Positions 12,519 through 24,852 of a DNA stretch of 64,000 bases are shown here, piece after piece (positions within the stretch are counted from its first letter, which is position 1; each line of letters begins with the position of its first letter). The position numbers and the translations under genes are program-made. The DNA comes from Torpedo marmorata (Eukaryota). The notes under the pieces were generated by a model. The model was not told where the DNA came from, did not search any database, and saw only the letters and a program-made list of their open reading frames with translations. The DNA is taken from positions 37,138,001 through 37,202,000 of the forward strand of contig OZ360249.1 of assembly GCA_977017645.1 (NCBI GenBank), given 5' to 3'.

Positions 12519-13184
12519 TAGGTCTGAAAAATCCATTTAAAATCCCATTTCACAACATTACATTAAAGCTGCCAATTCAACAGTTCGTCTTCCAACAGCA
12601 CTGCCAATGGCTTCTTTACAAATAAATATCCTCTTCGGCAGTCTCTCGGGATCAAGTATGACCCCAGTTTTCTGGTGGCTACTGAGGGAAAGCCCTCTCT
12701 TCTACAGATGGTTGGTGGGATGGGTGGCTGGGTGGTTAGATTGTCAGATGGTATCCGCCTTCCACTGTTTATGCAGACTCTGGATGCAGGGACTGGAGGT
12801 TCCGAATTTCATCCCAATGCTCCACCTTCATTTTGAACAGTCATGGGGTGGAGACTCGCACGTGTTATTGAAGACGTCACACTTCCCCAAGTCTGGAATT
12901 TCCCATCCATACTTAATGGCCCTAATTACTCTTTCCTCTCAGGCAGGTGGGTAGTTTGTGAGGTGATAAATATCCAATATCATGCTTTTCACGCAACCCC
13001 TTTCAGATCATAACAGCATGCTGCAAAAAATAATATCCAATTTGACCTCTATCTTTAATATCAAATCGGCACCCTCCTTTTGGCATTTATTTTAATTACC
13101 TCTGTACACCAAGGGTTGAAGCAATGGGAAATACAGAACTTAACATGACGTCTAAAGTCTTTGGCTGCATCTCACAATAAAACA

Positions 13185-14920
13185 AGAATAGAGGAGAAAG
13201 AGTAGGCAATCAGGCCCCTTCAGCCTATTTGCCATTCAATATGATCATGGCTGATCGATAATGCCTATTCCCATAACCCTTAATTCCTTGATCTTTCAAA
13301 CATATCTCTCTCCACCTCAAATACATCCAATGATTTCCATCCTCAGGGATGGAGAAATCTAGAGATTCGCTCCCCTCTGGGAGAAGAAATTTCTACGCAC
13401 CTCAGTTTTAAATGACTTAATTGTTATTTTCCAGCTATATCCCCTTATGCATGACCTACCTACTGGTGAAAACATCCTACCTGACAAGCCCCGATAGGTT
13501 CTTATGTTTCAACATGTCAATACCTATCATCATTCGTCTAAATTCCAAGGATTACAGACGCAAACTATCTAGCCTCTCTTTATAGGACAACTCTCACATC
13601 CTAGGAATTAGCCTGGTAAGTCTCACTTGGACTGCCTCCAATGCTACCCTATCCTTTTGTAGGTGTTCAAAACTGTGCACAATATTTCAGATGTGGCCGG
13701 CCTCATTAATTCCATGTACAACAGTAACTATTCTTGAACACCAACCCCTTCACAATAAAAGACCAACACGTCCTTTGCCTTCTTAACTACTTGTTGGATC
13801 TGCCTGCTAACTTTCTGTGCATTTGAAGACCTAGATCCCTCTCAAATGCACTCATTTGCATTCTACATTTAGATCACAATCCATCTTTCGATTCCACTTA
13901 CCTGAACGCATAATCTCACATTTTCCCACATAAACCCCATTTGCCAGTTTTTCGCCCAATCGCTCAATCCATCTGTAGCCTGTTGCTGAATCACAAGGTC
14001 GACATCACAGCACCTTCCCAACTCTTTTCATCACAAATTTGAAAAACACACTTTGCTTCCTCCTCCAGGTCATTAATGCAAATAGCAAACAATGAGGACA
14101 AAGAACCAAGCAAAGAGGTAATCTACTAATTACATCTCTCTAGCCTGAAAAGGACCCATATATTTTGACTCTTTGTTTTCTCTATGCGAACGGCTAGATT
14201 TTTCAGCCCATGATATTTTTTTCCAATACCTCAGCTTTTAATTTATGCACATTCCCCTCACACAGCATCTTATCAAGTGATGTTTAGAAACTAACTACAC
14301 TATATTGACAGACTCTTCTCTATCATCTCATCCTCAAAGATTTCAAGCAATTTCTCAGACATAATCTACCTTTCATAAGCTTTAAGCTTTCCTCAATGAT
14401 TACTTATTTCCTCAATAATAGTGACTCCAGCATCATGTCAACAAGACGTTAAACTTAATAGCCTATAGCTCCCCAGCTTGTCTTCCTTCCTTTATGAATA
14501 GGTGAGTCATATTGGCTGTTTTCTGATCCTCTTGTACCCTCCCACAATTTAGAAGTCTCAAAAATTTTCACCAATGGGTCCACTATCTCTACAGCCGCTT
14601 CCTTTAAAACTTTGGCTGCAGGTCATCGGGCCCTGATGATTTGTCCACCTGTAGCTCAGTGATATATCGCTTGTCATTGGGATTTTTACAAGTTCCTTCC
14701 TGTTACTTGAAATAAGAGCACCTGTAATCTCTAAGAAATTTGCAGCCTCCCCCACAGTGAAAACTGAAGCAAAAAATGATTTAACGTTTCTTCCATTTCA
14801 TAGTTTTCTGTTATTAATTCCCCAGCTTCGTTCTCTTGAGGTCATGAGTTACCTTCTTCCTACTTAGATATCCATCAAAACTCTTACTGTTTGTTTTGAT
14901 AATACAGACACGATTCCTTT
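13185..14920 (-). mobile_element. Old, highly degraded CR1 LINE
   Basis: 3' end gagtaggcaatcaggcccctt..tgatcatggctgat, then diverged RT antisense text (aaaactgtgcacaata, catttgcca, ggtcatcgggccctgatga). No open frame. Confidence 0.7.
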
Positions 14921-15989
14921 CAAATTCTTTTTTCTCCCTTGTGATATTTTAAGTCTTTTACTGTTGGAAGATTCAACACCTAATTATTTCAGAATAATCC
15001 CAAATAAATTTTTCAGAGCGATTATATAAGATCTAAATTTGTAAAGAAACCTGAATTCAAGATTGTTCACTGGGGAACTCTAGCTCTTCACAACTAGACC
15101 ACTGCAATTGGCAATTCAGGACAACACTGGCAATATTAAAAGACAATCTCTTAAAACAATGCAAAAAGTTAAAGCATTCAAATCCAATATTTAAAAAAAT
15201 AATTACCATTCAACATTTGTGAGAAGCAGATAATTTATAAAATTCCTGGAATATTTTGACTGGATGTCATATCAGCCATTGATTCACAGAGAAATTTAAA
15301 GTTAATGAGGTCTCGTTTTGCTCCTATTTCTTGAAAGTGAGATTAAAGCAGAGCACTGCACAGAACAATTCATTCAGACAGTATGGCAGGAGTTTACATG
15401 ACTAGGAACGCATTGATGGTGTGATAAATCCCACATGTGCTGTCATCTTTAATGGTCAGTTGATTTTGGTGCAGGTGTAGCCTTCAAAGGAACCCCATTG
15501 TATCCATGCAATAATATACCTCACACAGAAAGGCAGAACCCAGAACAGAGTTGTTTTAGTTATTGTAAAGGAGGATCAACTAGGCAATATCATAAATTGT
15601 ATTTACACATCTTTAGATTGCTTAAGCATTTCTTCATTTTCTTTCTCCCCTTTTTGGTTTGAAATTTATTCAGGATACAAATACTGTCCCTGTGTTTTAA
15701 TAGAAAATGGATAGTGAAGTGTCCAATCATTTGAATTCTCTTCATCTGTAAAATTTGGTAATTAGATTAAAAGATCTGAATCGGATTTCCTCTAACTGTT
15801 GGCACTGATCAATGGGTTTAGGTTCAAGTTTTCAGGCAATGAAATCGAATAATCAAGACTACTGACTGAACAATCTGTACTTTCAAGGTCTTTTCGAGCC
15901 CTACATTTTCAAGTAAAGCATTATAGGACAGAACACTTCTCTTTTACGTTTGGCTAGCATGCAAATAGTAACTGATGTTACCTATGATT

Positions 15990-16225
15990 AAGCAAGCTTC
16001 TTCCTGCAGAGGGTGGTGAATCTCCGGAATTCTCTGCCCTGGTGGCTTGTTAAGGCGAGAAAATTAGAACTATTTGAAGAGGAAATAAACTTTTGAGCAA
16101 TCAGGAAATTGAGGGCTATGGGAATGGCACAGAACAGATGAGGCCTGGGGCAGATCACCCATGCTCTGACTGAACGGCAGGGCTGAGTGACCCACTCCTG
16201 CTGCTGTTCTCTTGTGTTCTGTTCT
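15990..16225 (+). mobile_element. CR1 3' end
   Basis: ttcttcctgcagagggtggtgaatctccggaattctctgcc followed by a CR1-type tail. Confidence 0.7.
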
Positions 16226-16449
16226 TATTCCCAAATCACGGGGAGGTGAAGACTCAGCCTTCCTCCGTTGTAGCATCCTTGCTTCAAAGGCAGAAGGTCA
16301 GCTCCCAGCTTCAAGATCTGACTACGTGGATGAAAGTGGCACACTCAGCGGTGCTGTCCTTCAGGTGAATTCTCAGAGGGCAACATTTAAACGAAAATAA
16401 AATAGGCTTAAAGAAAAATAGCAACATCTTAATTAATCTCATTGCTGAA

Positions 16450-16950
16450 AGAAACATGTAAGAAATAGAGGCAAAAGTCCTCCTTATGCATTCTGAGTTT
16501 TCCCTGCTAATCAATAGGATTGTGGCTGATTAGATGTTTGGTCTCCATCTTCCTGTCAATCTCCACAACTCCTGATTCCTTAGTAGTTCAAATCCCTGTC
16601 TCAGCCTTAAACGTGTTCACTGACTTGGCAGCTCTTTGGGGTAAAACATTCCAAAGACTCACAACCTTCTGTAGGAAGATATTCCTCATCTCTGTCTCAA
16701 ATAGTTGATCATCAGCCCCACCTCCCTTCCTATCCTTCCATCTATAAACTATGCGTTTCAGTTCTAGAACTCCTACAATGGAAATCACTCTAGGAACTAC
16801 CTCAAGGTTCTCAAAATCCAATGTGATAATGAGATCACCTCTCACAGGTCCATTCTGCTCAATCTTTCCTCACAGGACAATCTACTTATCTGTGGAGTTA
16901 ATCTAGTGCACTTTGCGAGACAATTTCCAAAACAAGTATAAAAGAGACCA
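16450..16950 (-). mobile_element. Degraded CR1 3' end
   Basis: ORF 16588-16845 reads MRGDLI..EMRNIFLQKVVSLWNVLPQ. Confidence 0.75.
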
Positions 16951-16984
16951 ACATTAATCTTTCATCCAACGCTATCAAAAATAA

Positions 16985-17760
16985 CACTGGGGAATGAAGA
17001 TTTTGCTTCCTGAACATGTTTGGATGTATTTTATGGATTTTGGGCTGCTGATCATGAAAATCTTCTTAATATTTCCCTATCATGCATCATTTTTTAGATA
17101 TAACCTATTTTGTGATTTCCTTTCATATTTTAAGTCAACTCGTATATTGTCAACAAAGCAAGCTGTTTTGGTCAGTCCAAGCATGCCTGGGCATGCACTC
17201 AGCGCAGGTGCTATGCAAATGTTGTCTTAGGCCTGGGCATGCTTAGTCAGGATAGATGCAGCCAGGCTATAAGAGCAGCTCACATATACATACTTTGATG
17301 AAGGGCTCAAGCCCAAAACATTGGTTATGTATTTCTACCTTTGCTACATAAAAGACACTGTTTGTGTTTTTTACTTCAACCACGGTGTCTACAGATTTTC
17401 GTGATTTACTTCTTTCACACATACAGATGCTGTGCATTACATTGATATAGATTGAACACATGTTGATGCACGTTTTTGAGGCAATAGCATAGTGAGTGTA
17501 CTTATCAATTCTTGTCTTCAGGAAGATTCAATACAGCAGAAATGTCTCGTCAATGTCGCAACAGCTGCGATACATTCTGTTACATTTGTGGCGTGTATAC
17601 GCTTAATGCTAAATTCAATATAAGTGAATTAAATATTTCTGCAACTTCCTACGTGATACAGCAAATCTGAAATTATCTTTGTGTTCTGCTTGAAGTCGTC
17701 TATCATAATCCTCTATATTTTTCAAGAAGAAAACCTTTTGAAAAAAATTGTTGTCCAGTG
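16985..17760 (+). mobile_element. Internally deleted ISRm11-like Tc1/mariner transposon retaining the transposase N-terminus
   Basis: Termini cactgg.. / ttgttgtccagtg are homologous to 21415-21996. An ATG at ~17542 gives MSRQCRNSCDTFCYICG. A Penelope-like repeat is inserted at ~17290-17410 (hammerhead motif 17295-17322). Family assignment is from recalled motifs. Confidence 0.75.
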
Positions 17761-17899
17761 TTATCAGTAGTTCAATGGCCACGAAGCACTTTAAACACCT
17801 GGAAGTACTGACTCTTCTAAAATCATGCAGGCTCCAAATAAAATGAACTTATTTCCTTTTCAAGTCATAACAGATGGTCCAAATTTCACTCAGCATTTT

Positions 17900-18062
17900 C
17901 AGAATCAGAATTTCAGAATCAGAATTTATTGTCATGAACAAGTCATGAAATTCGGTGTTTTGCAGCAGCATCATAGTGCAAACATTCATATTATAACCAT
18001 CTTACGACATTACTATAAAAATATATATAAATAATAGTGCACGAAAAGTAAGGCAGTGTCTT
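17900..18062 (-). mobile_element. Rex1/Babar 3' end
   Basis: Nearly identical to 23575-23720 (tcagaatcagaatttattgtcatgaacaagtc...). Confidence 0.85.
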
Positions 18063-18562
18063 AAAAGTAAGCCAATAGAACCTGAAAATTCTAATGAACT
18101 CCAAAGCAGTGAAGTTCAGTTCTCATGTTGGATATAAAAAAAACTCCAATGTCTTGGTTTAGCTGCAATATAATTTAACTGAACAACAGTCCTGTTGTAA
18201 CTAAATTATAAAGCACTTATAATAATGATCAAATCATAAAACTTTCCCTGTTTTAGCTTTCGGACAGAATACAGTTGGACCCTCAAACCGCCAGCATTTC
18301 ACTTTTAAGTGCATCACATTTTAAGTTTCATTCCAACTTAACTGGTCAACCTCAATATCACAAACTACTTTGCTTTTGAAACTCAGACAGTGCATACAAT
18401 ATGATGACGTGGTACCTTCGAGTCAAATGTAGTGACGGCATCAGTGGCAAAACCTTTTTTGAAATCCATAGCTCCAAAAGAACACAATACACCTCAGTGG
18501 ACCATGTACATACGAAATATGATCTCAAGTTAGATTCCCTATCTGGTAAATATACAGAAAGA

Positions 18563-20720
18563 TTTTTTTTTTAAATATTTTTGTTGATTTTCAGTAATAG
18601 TAAGTTTGTACATTACAATTATGGAATGTGCTACAGAAAACAAAAGATAAAAACAAGCACTGCGAGGATAATCATACATATAAATTCCCAAAGCACAACC
18701 ATAATAATAAAGAATGGATAAATTTTTAGTAAAATTTATCTAAATTCTCCAAACCCTGACCTTAAACAAGGTTGAAAGTTAATATTGATGAAATAAAGTA
18801 GCTCACTCTGAAGTGGGACAACACAGTGCCAAAGTTCTGTAATAACACTGAACCTAGAGATTATGGTAGTAGTCCATGAATGGGCCCCATAACGTTTGGA
18901 ATCTAATGTTAGAATCATTAATTGCGTATTGTAGCCGACTGCTATGAAGAAACACACACATGCAGTGTGGAAGGTTAAGCTCTCTGTTTATTGAGGCTGA
19001 AAATGCTTCTTTTATACAGTTGGAGTTCCCGCCGTTTGATTGATTGGTTGACATCTGCATGAATAACAATAGCGGGCGGGAACGTTCTTGCATATGAATA
19101 CCCTTCTTCCCCAGCCTGGTATTGATCTGATAGCTGGGCAGCTTGGCCAGCGCTATTTTAGGGCTGCTGGTCTTGTACTGCTCCAGCTTTCAACCGCGCC
19201 GGTTCGCTATGCTAAGGGTCGCATTACAGTGTGTTATGCCGCTGTTTACTACCGCGCGCGGCGCGCGATGTGCCGGCTCGATCTCCGTGGTGGCGGGCCG
19301 CCACAGTATCTAATTTTTTCCAAATTTAAACAGGACATTACGTCCCTTAACCATTGTGCATGAATAGGTGGGGTATTATCTTTCCACTTAATCAAAATAG
19401 CACGTCTGGCCAGCAATGAAGTAAAAGATAAAATGCGACATTTAATTGAAGTTAATAAGACATCGTCTTCTCCGAGAGTTCCAAACAGAGCAACTAAGGG
19501 ATTTGGTTCTAATTTTAAATTGAGAATCACCGATAATGTTTGAAAAACTTCTCTCCAATAGTTTTCCAAACTGGGGCACGTCCAGAACATATGGATTAAG
19601 GAAGCGTCACCTATTTTACATTTATCACAACGAGAATTTATATCTGTGTAAAAACGAGACAATTTGAGTTTAGACATATGTACCACTTTAAATTGTAGCA
19701 GACAGTAGCGAGCACACAGAGATGTAGTGTTAATCAGTTTGAAAATAGAGTCCCAAACCTCATTGGACAGCGAAAGGTTCAAATCCTGCTCCCAGGCATT
19801 CTTAATTTGGGTTAAACGGGTGTGTCTTAAAACAGTTAATTAGTCATAAATGACAGATATTAACCCTTTTCCAGAAGGTTGTAATCCAAAAAATGTATCA
19901 AGAATATTCACCTCAGGAGCTCTCGGAAAATCAGGGATCTGAGATTGAATAAAATGCCTGATTTGTAAATATCTGAAAAAATGAACGTTTGGTAAATTGA
20001 ATTTTCTGACCAATTGTGTAAAATATGCAAAGCTGTTATCAATAAAAAGGTCTTTAAAACATTTAATACCCAACCTATACCAATCATTAAATGCAGAATC
20101 CTGCAAAGAAGGCTGAAAAAGGTGATTAGACAAAATGGGGCTTGAGAGAAAAAGCCCTGAAGTCCAAAATACCTTCTAAACTGCACCCATATTCTCAAAC
20201 TGTATTTAACAACCGGATTGTCAGTTCGTTTATATGAGGCAAGAGAAAGAGAGGACCCAAGAAGTACCGAGATAGAAACATTTTTGGTGGAATTTAATTC
20301 CATTTCTACCCAAGCAGGACGGTCAACTCGATTATGAAATTGTAACAAGAACATAATATCATGTATATTGACCGCCCAATAATAAAATCTGAAATTGGGA
20401 AGCGCCAAAACACTATTCCGTTTAGACTTTTGAAGATGAGCTTTATTTAAACGGGGGCGCTTTCCTTGCCATATGTAAGACGATATAAGTGAATCGAGTG
20501 AGTCAAAAAATTATTTAGGAATAAAAACTGGTATTGGCTGAAAAAGATACAAAAATTTAGGTAGAATGTTCACTTTAATAGAATTAATATGGCCAATCAA
20601 AGAGATAGATAAAAGAGACCATTTCATTAAAGACAGTTTCACATGCTTAAGTAGAAAAATTTTCTTTAAAAAGATGTTTGTGATTCTTCGTATTTGCAAT
20701 GCCAAGATATGTAAATTGAT
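18563..20720 (-). mobile_element. L1 3' portion (ORF2 C-terminus, frameshifted), interrupted by a solo LTR
   Basis: INSIKVNILPKFLYLFQ, LPNFRFYYWA, CDKCKIGDASLIHMFWTCPSL, LEKIRY; T-run at ~18563. Confidence 0.92.
18930..19305 (-). mobile_element. Solo LTR (Gypsy-type)
   Basis: tgtagc...gccaca termini, 4-bp TSD gtat (18926-18929, 19306-19309), AATAAA on the minus strand at ~18986, CpG-rich. Confidence 0.85.
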
Positions 20721-20754
20721 CAGAAAGATGGTTTTAAACAGAAATTAGCCCTAA

Positions 20755-20925
20755 TGTCAGAGAAAACTATAGAAGTGAGTACGATTTTGACATTTGAAAG
20801 ACAATTGGACAGGTACATGCATAGGGACAGCTTAAAAGGAAATGGACCAATTTCAGGCAAATGGGACTAGCCCATAATGTTAATTTGGTCAGCATGGATG
20901 AGTTGGGCTGAAGGGCCTGTTCTGT
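20755..20925 (+). mobile_element. CR1 3' tail
   Basis: catttgaaagacaattggacaggtacatg...ttgggctgaagggcctgttc. Confidence 0.75.
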
Positions 20926-21414
20926 GAATCAGATAATACATCTGTCCTCTCATGAGCTGCTTCAACCTCAAATCTTGGGAATCTTGCCCCAATCAGCCAT
21001 CTGAATCTGAGAGTAGCCAAGGAGACATGTTCTGACACTGACAATAACCTGGAAAGTTACAGTGAAAGGGGGGCATTTGGTCAATCAGAATGATGCGGGA
21101 GCAGTAATATTAGCTGTGATTTTCCCATGCACTGTTAGAATATAAATGCCAATCATTCTTTCAACAGTGAGGACACCAGTGTTCAATTTCCTTTGAACTG
21201 CATGCCCATGTAAGACATTTTTTGTTTCCTTAAATTGCTCAGGATATACTTCTGCTGTTAAATGAGAAAATTTAAATTGGAGATAAAATGGATATGATTG
21301 ATAAGGGCTGAAATTCTTCGGCAGAAAAATTGTACTACACAATTACACAACTTGCCCCAAAAATGTCATCACTCCTGTTCATGAACGCAAAATAATCGTT
21401 GAGATCTTTGATTA

Positions 21415-21996
21415 CACTGGACAACGAAGATTTTGCTTCCTTAACACGTTTGGGTGTATTTTATGAATTTTGGGCTGCTGATCATGAAAATCACCTTAAA
21501 ATTTCATATCACGTACCTTTTTTTAGATATAACCTATTTTTGTGATTTGCTGTCATATTTTAAGTCTACTTCAAGCATACAAAACCATGAAGTCCCACTC
21601 GGACTTCTTCCCTGCTGATCTTGGTGCAGTCATTGACGAACATGGTAAAAGGTTTCACGAGGACATTGCGACCATGGAAAAGCGGTATCAGGGCAACTGG
21701 AATCCACTAATGCTGGCCGACTATTGTTGGACACTGACACGAGAGGCATCAGATGCTGAGTACAAACGAAAATCAGCGGCAAAACATTTTTAGGTCAGTT
21801 GAACTAACGCAATGTGTCAGCGTCATTATGCGACTAAACATGCTAAATTCAATAAAATTCAATTTAATATTTCTCCAACTTTCTACGTGATACAGCAAAT
21901 CTAAAATCACCTTTGTGTTCAGCTTGAAGTTTTCTATCATAATCCCGATTTTTTTTTTCAGGAAGCAAACCTTTTGAAAACATTTGTTGTGCAGTG
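21415..21996 (+). mobile_element. Internally deleted ISRm11-like transposon retaining the transposase C-terminus
   Basis: TIR cactggacaac / ttgtgcagtg; ORF reads HSDFFPADLGAVIDEHGKRFHEDIATMEKRYQGNWNPLMLADYCW. Confidence 0.8.
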
Positions 21997-22896
21997 CTAT
22001 GGGTTACGATTAAAATTTACGCAGCCCCAAATTGCAAGCTCAGGTGTGTTCTCTGACTCTTTCGAAATCTAAAGCCATGTATCAGATTGCTGTATAACAC
22101 TCACAAAAGGCTGAGTGCTGTCAAAAAAAATATATGTAGCCTTCTGGGTGGCAGAAAAAGAGGTTGAATGTGTTTAAACTATCAGCTCAACAACTGTAGG
22201 TTTAAAGGAGAAAAAAAAACATGCCTGACTGAATTTACAAATCTGCCTTCAGGGGTTACACAGCAAAAAGAAAACATTCCTTCACAAGGAAAAATGTTCT
22301 GCATAATCCTTGTTAGAAACCAGATACATCCTACAAGCAAAACGCAAGTTTTTGAAGAGTTAAGCATGTAAAGGGCAATAACTAGACTCTAATAACTAGT
22401 TAATCAGAAAAAAAATGATTACTAGGAAACAGAACTATTATCAAATCAAACGAACTTGTATAAACCACATCATAACAGACATAGCTACATAAGAAAACAT
22501 ATTTTGTTTTACATCCTTGTTTCTGCTAACTCATAATCACTCCCTGCTGGTCAAAGTGTAGATTGGACCAATATCAAAAAAAGATTATCCTTGTAGCTCA
22601 AATTGGACAATGGCACGCAGGTGTAAAATGGAGAGAAATTGAAGTCAGTTTTCAACCATAGGTTGACTCATACTTATTGATAATCTCTGGATTAACAACT
22701 CGTACTGGCAGAACAAAGGGGCAAAATGCTTTGAGCTATTTTGAGCAGGGCAAAGAAGAATTTAGGTCAGTTCTGCGGTCAGGTGCTTACTGAATAAAGC
22801 AAAATGGATGTCATAGTAATAACCTATGGGTGGCTTAAAATTGTAAACCAAGCAATTTACCAAGTGATGCATTTGCCTCAACTAGAGCATTTGCCT

Positions 22897-23118
22897 ACAC
22901 AAAGAGTTGTGGGTGCTTGAAATGCATTGCCAGGGATGGTGGCAGAGCCTGAAATATTAGGAGCATTTAAGAGACTCTTAGACAGGCACATTGATGAAAG
23001 AAAAATAGAGAGTTACGAAGAAGGGAGGGTTTAGTACTTTTTCTTTGGTAGGAATATTTAGGTCGGCACAACATCGAGGGTCGAAATGCCTGTACTATGT
23101 TGTAATGTTTTATGTTCT
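22897..23118 (+). mobile_element. CR1 3' tail
   Basis: acacaaagagttgtgggtgcttgaaatgcattgcc...ggtcggcacaacatcgagggtcgaaatgcctgtact. Confidence 0.75.
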
Positions 23119-23572
23119 AGACTCACTGGCCAGCACTACTCCCCGGCCTTATTCAAGGAATCAGCTGAGTTCTGCTGACGAGATGCAAAATGACACAGCA
23201 CTCTGGGTTGATCAGCAACATTGAGGGTCGATTTTGGCATGGCAAAGCTGGTACAATGTTGGCATAGCAAAGCCCATGCTATCAATCAATGAACATGGTT
23301 CTGATCAGCCCCTCTCTAAGGTGCAGCAAAAGATGGGTGAATTTGAGAATAAAATAACACATTTATAAAAGAGACGGATATGGTAAAACCAAACTTGACA
23401 TGGAACCAACCGCAAGAGGCTTCTACACTGATATAATGCGTGGATTACAAGGCATCTCTTGTACAATCAGAACATAAGGGTTAGCAAATGATCACTTTGA
23501 ATCCCATCCTGCTTCATTATAACTAACTTATTCTCTGGTCTTCAATGAAGGTTAATTGAAGTCAGAAGAGTA

Positions 23573-24852
23573 TCAGAATCAGAATTTATTGTCATGAACA
23601 AGTCATGAAATTCTGTGTTTTGCAGCAGCATCATAGTGCAATTAACATTCATATTAACCATCTTACGACATTACTATAAAAATTATAAATAATAGTGCAC
23701 GAAAAGTAAGGCAGTGTCTTTGGTTCATTGATTATTCAGGAATCTGATGGCAGCGGGGAAGAAGCTGTCCTTGTGCCGTTGAGTGCTCGTCTTTAGGCTC
23801 CTGTACCTTTTTCCCGATGGAAGCAGAGTGAAGAGGGCATGGCCTGGGTGGTGGGGGTCTTTGAAGATAGAGGCTGCTTTTTTAAGACACCGCCTCATGT
23901 AGATGTCCTCGATGGAGTGAAGTTTGGTGCCTGTGATGTCACAGGCCGAGTTAACAACCCTCTGGAGTTTACTCTTGTCCTGAGAGTTGGCGCCTCCATA
24001 CCAGGCAGTGATGCAACCAGCCAGAATGCTCTCCACGGTACACCTGTAGAAGTTTACGAGAGTCTTCGGTGACATACCGAATCTCTTCAGACACCTCACA
24101 AAGTATAGCCGCTGACGAGCCTTCTTTGTGATTGCATCAACGTGGAGGTTCCAGTACAGATCCTCGGAGATGTTGACACCCAGGAATTTGAAGTTCTTGA
24201 CCCTCTCCACTACTGAGCCCTCGATGAGGACTGGGTCGTGTTCCCCTGACTTCCTCCTGAAGTCCACAATCATCTCCTTGGTTTTGCTGATGTTGAGCTC
24301 AAGGTTGTTGTCATTACACCATTTAACGAGCTGATCTAACTCCCTCCTGTACGCTTCCTCATTGCCGTTTGTGATTCTGCCGACAACTGTGGTGTCATCG
24401 GCAAACTTGTAGATGGCGTTGGAATTGTGCCTGGCCACACAGTCATGGGAGTATAACGAGTAGAGCAGTGGACTAAGCACGCATCCTTGGGGTGCGCCTG
24501 TGTTGATAATCAGTGAGTAGGAGATGTTGTTTCCAATTCGAACTGACTGTGGTCTTCTGATGAGAAAGTCAAGGATCCAGTTGCAGAGTGGGGTACAGAG
24601 GCCTAGAGTTTGTAGATTCTTGACCAGCACTGAGGGAATAATGGTATTGAAGGCCGAGCTGTAGTCGATGAAGAGCAGCCGTATGTATGAATTGCTGTTT
24701 TCGAGGTGATCCAGAGCTGAGTGGAGAGCCAGTGATATTGCATCTGCTGTGGAGCGATTGTGACGATAGGCGAATTGCAGTGGGTCCAGATCTTTGCTTA
24801 GGTACGTGTTAATTCTGGCCATGACCAGCCTCTCAAAGCATTTCATCACAGT
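23573..24852 (-). mobile_element. Rex1/Babar LINE, 5'-truncated, young (374-aa open RT frame at 23725-24849)
   Basis: [62 protein letters not shown]; tail gacaataaa(ttctga)n. Confidence 0.95.

Noticed and set aside
12628-12900. RTE-like 3' end on the minus strand
   Set aside because: Only a faint resemblance from memory, with no supporting peptide motif.
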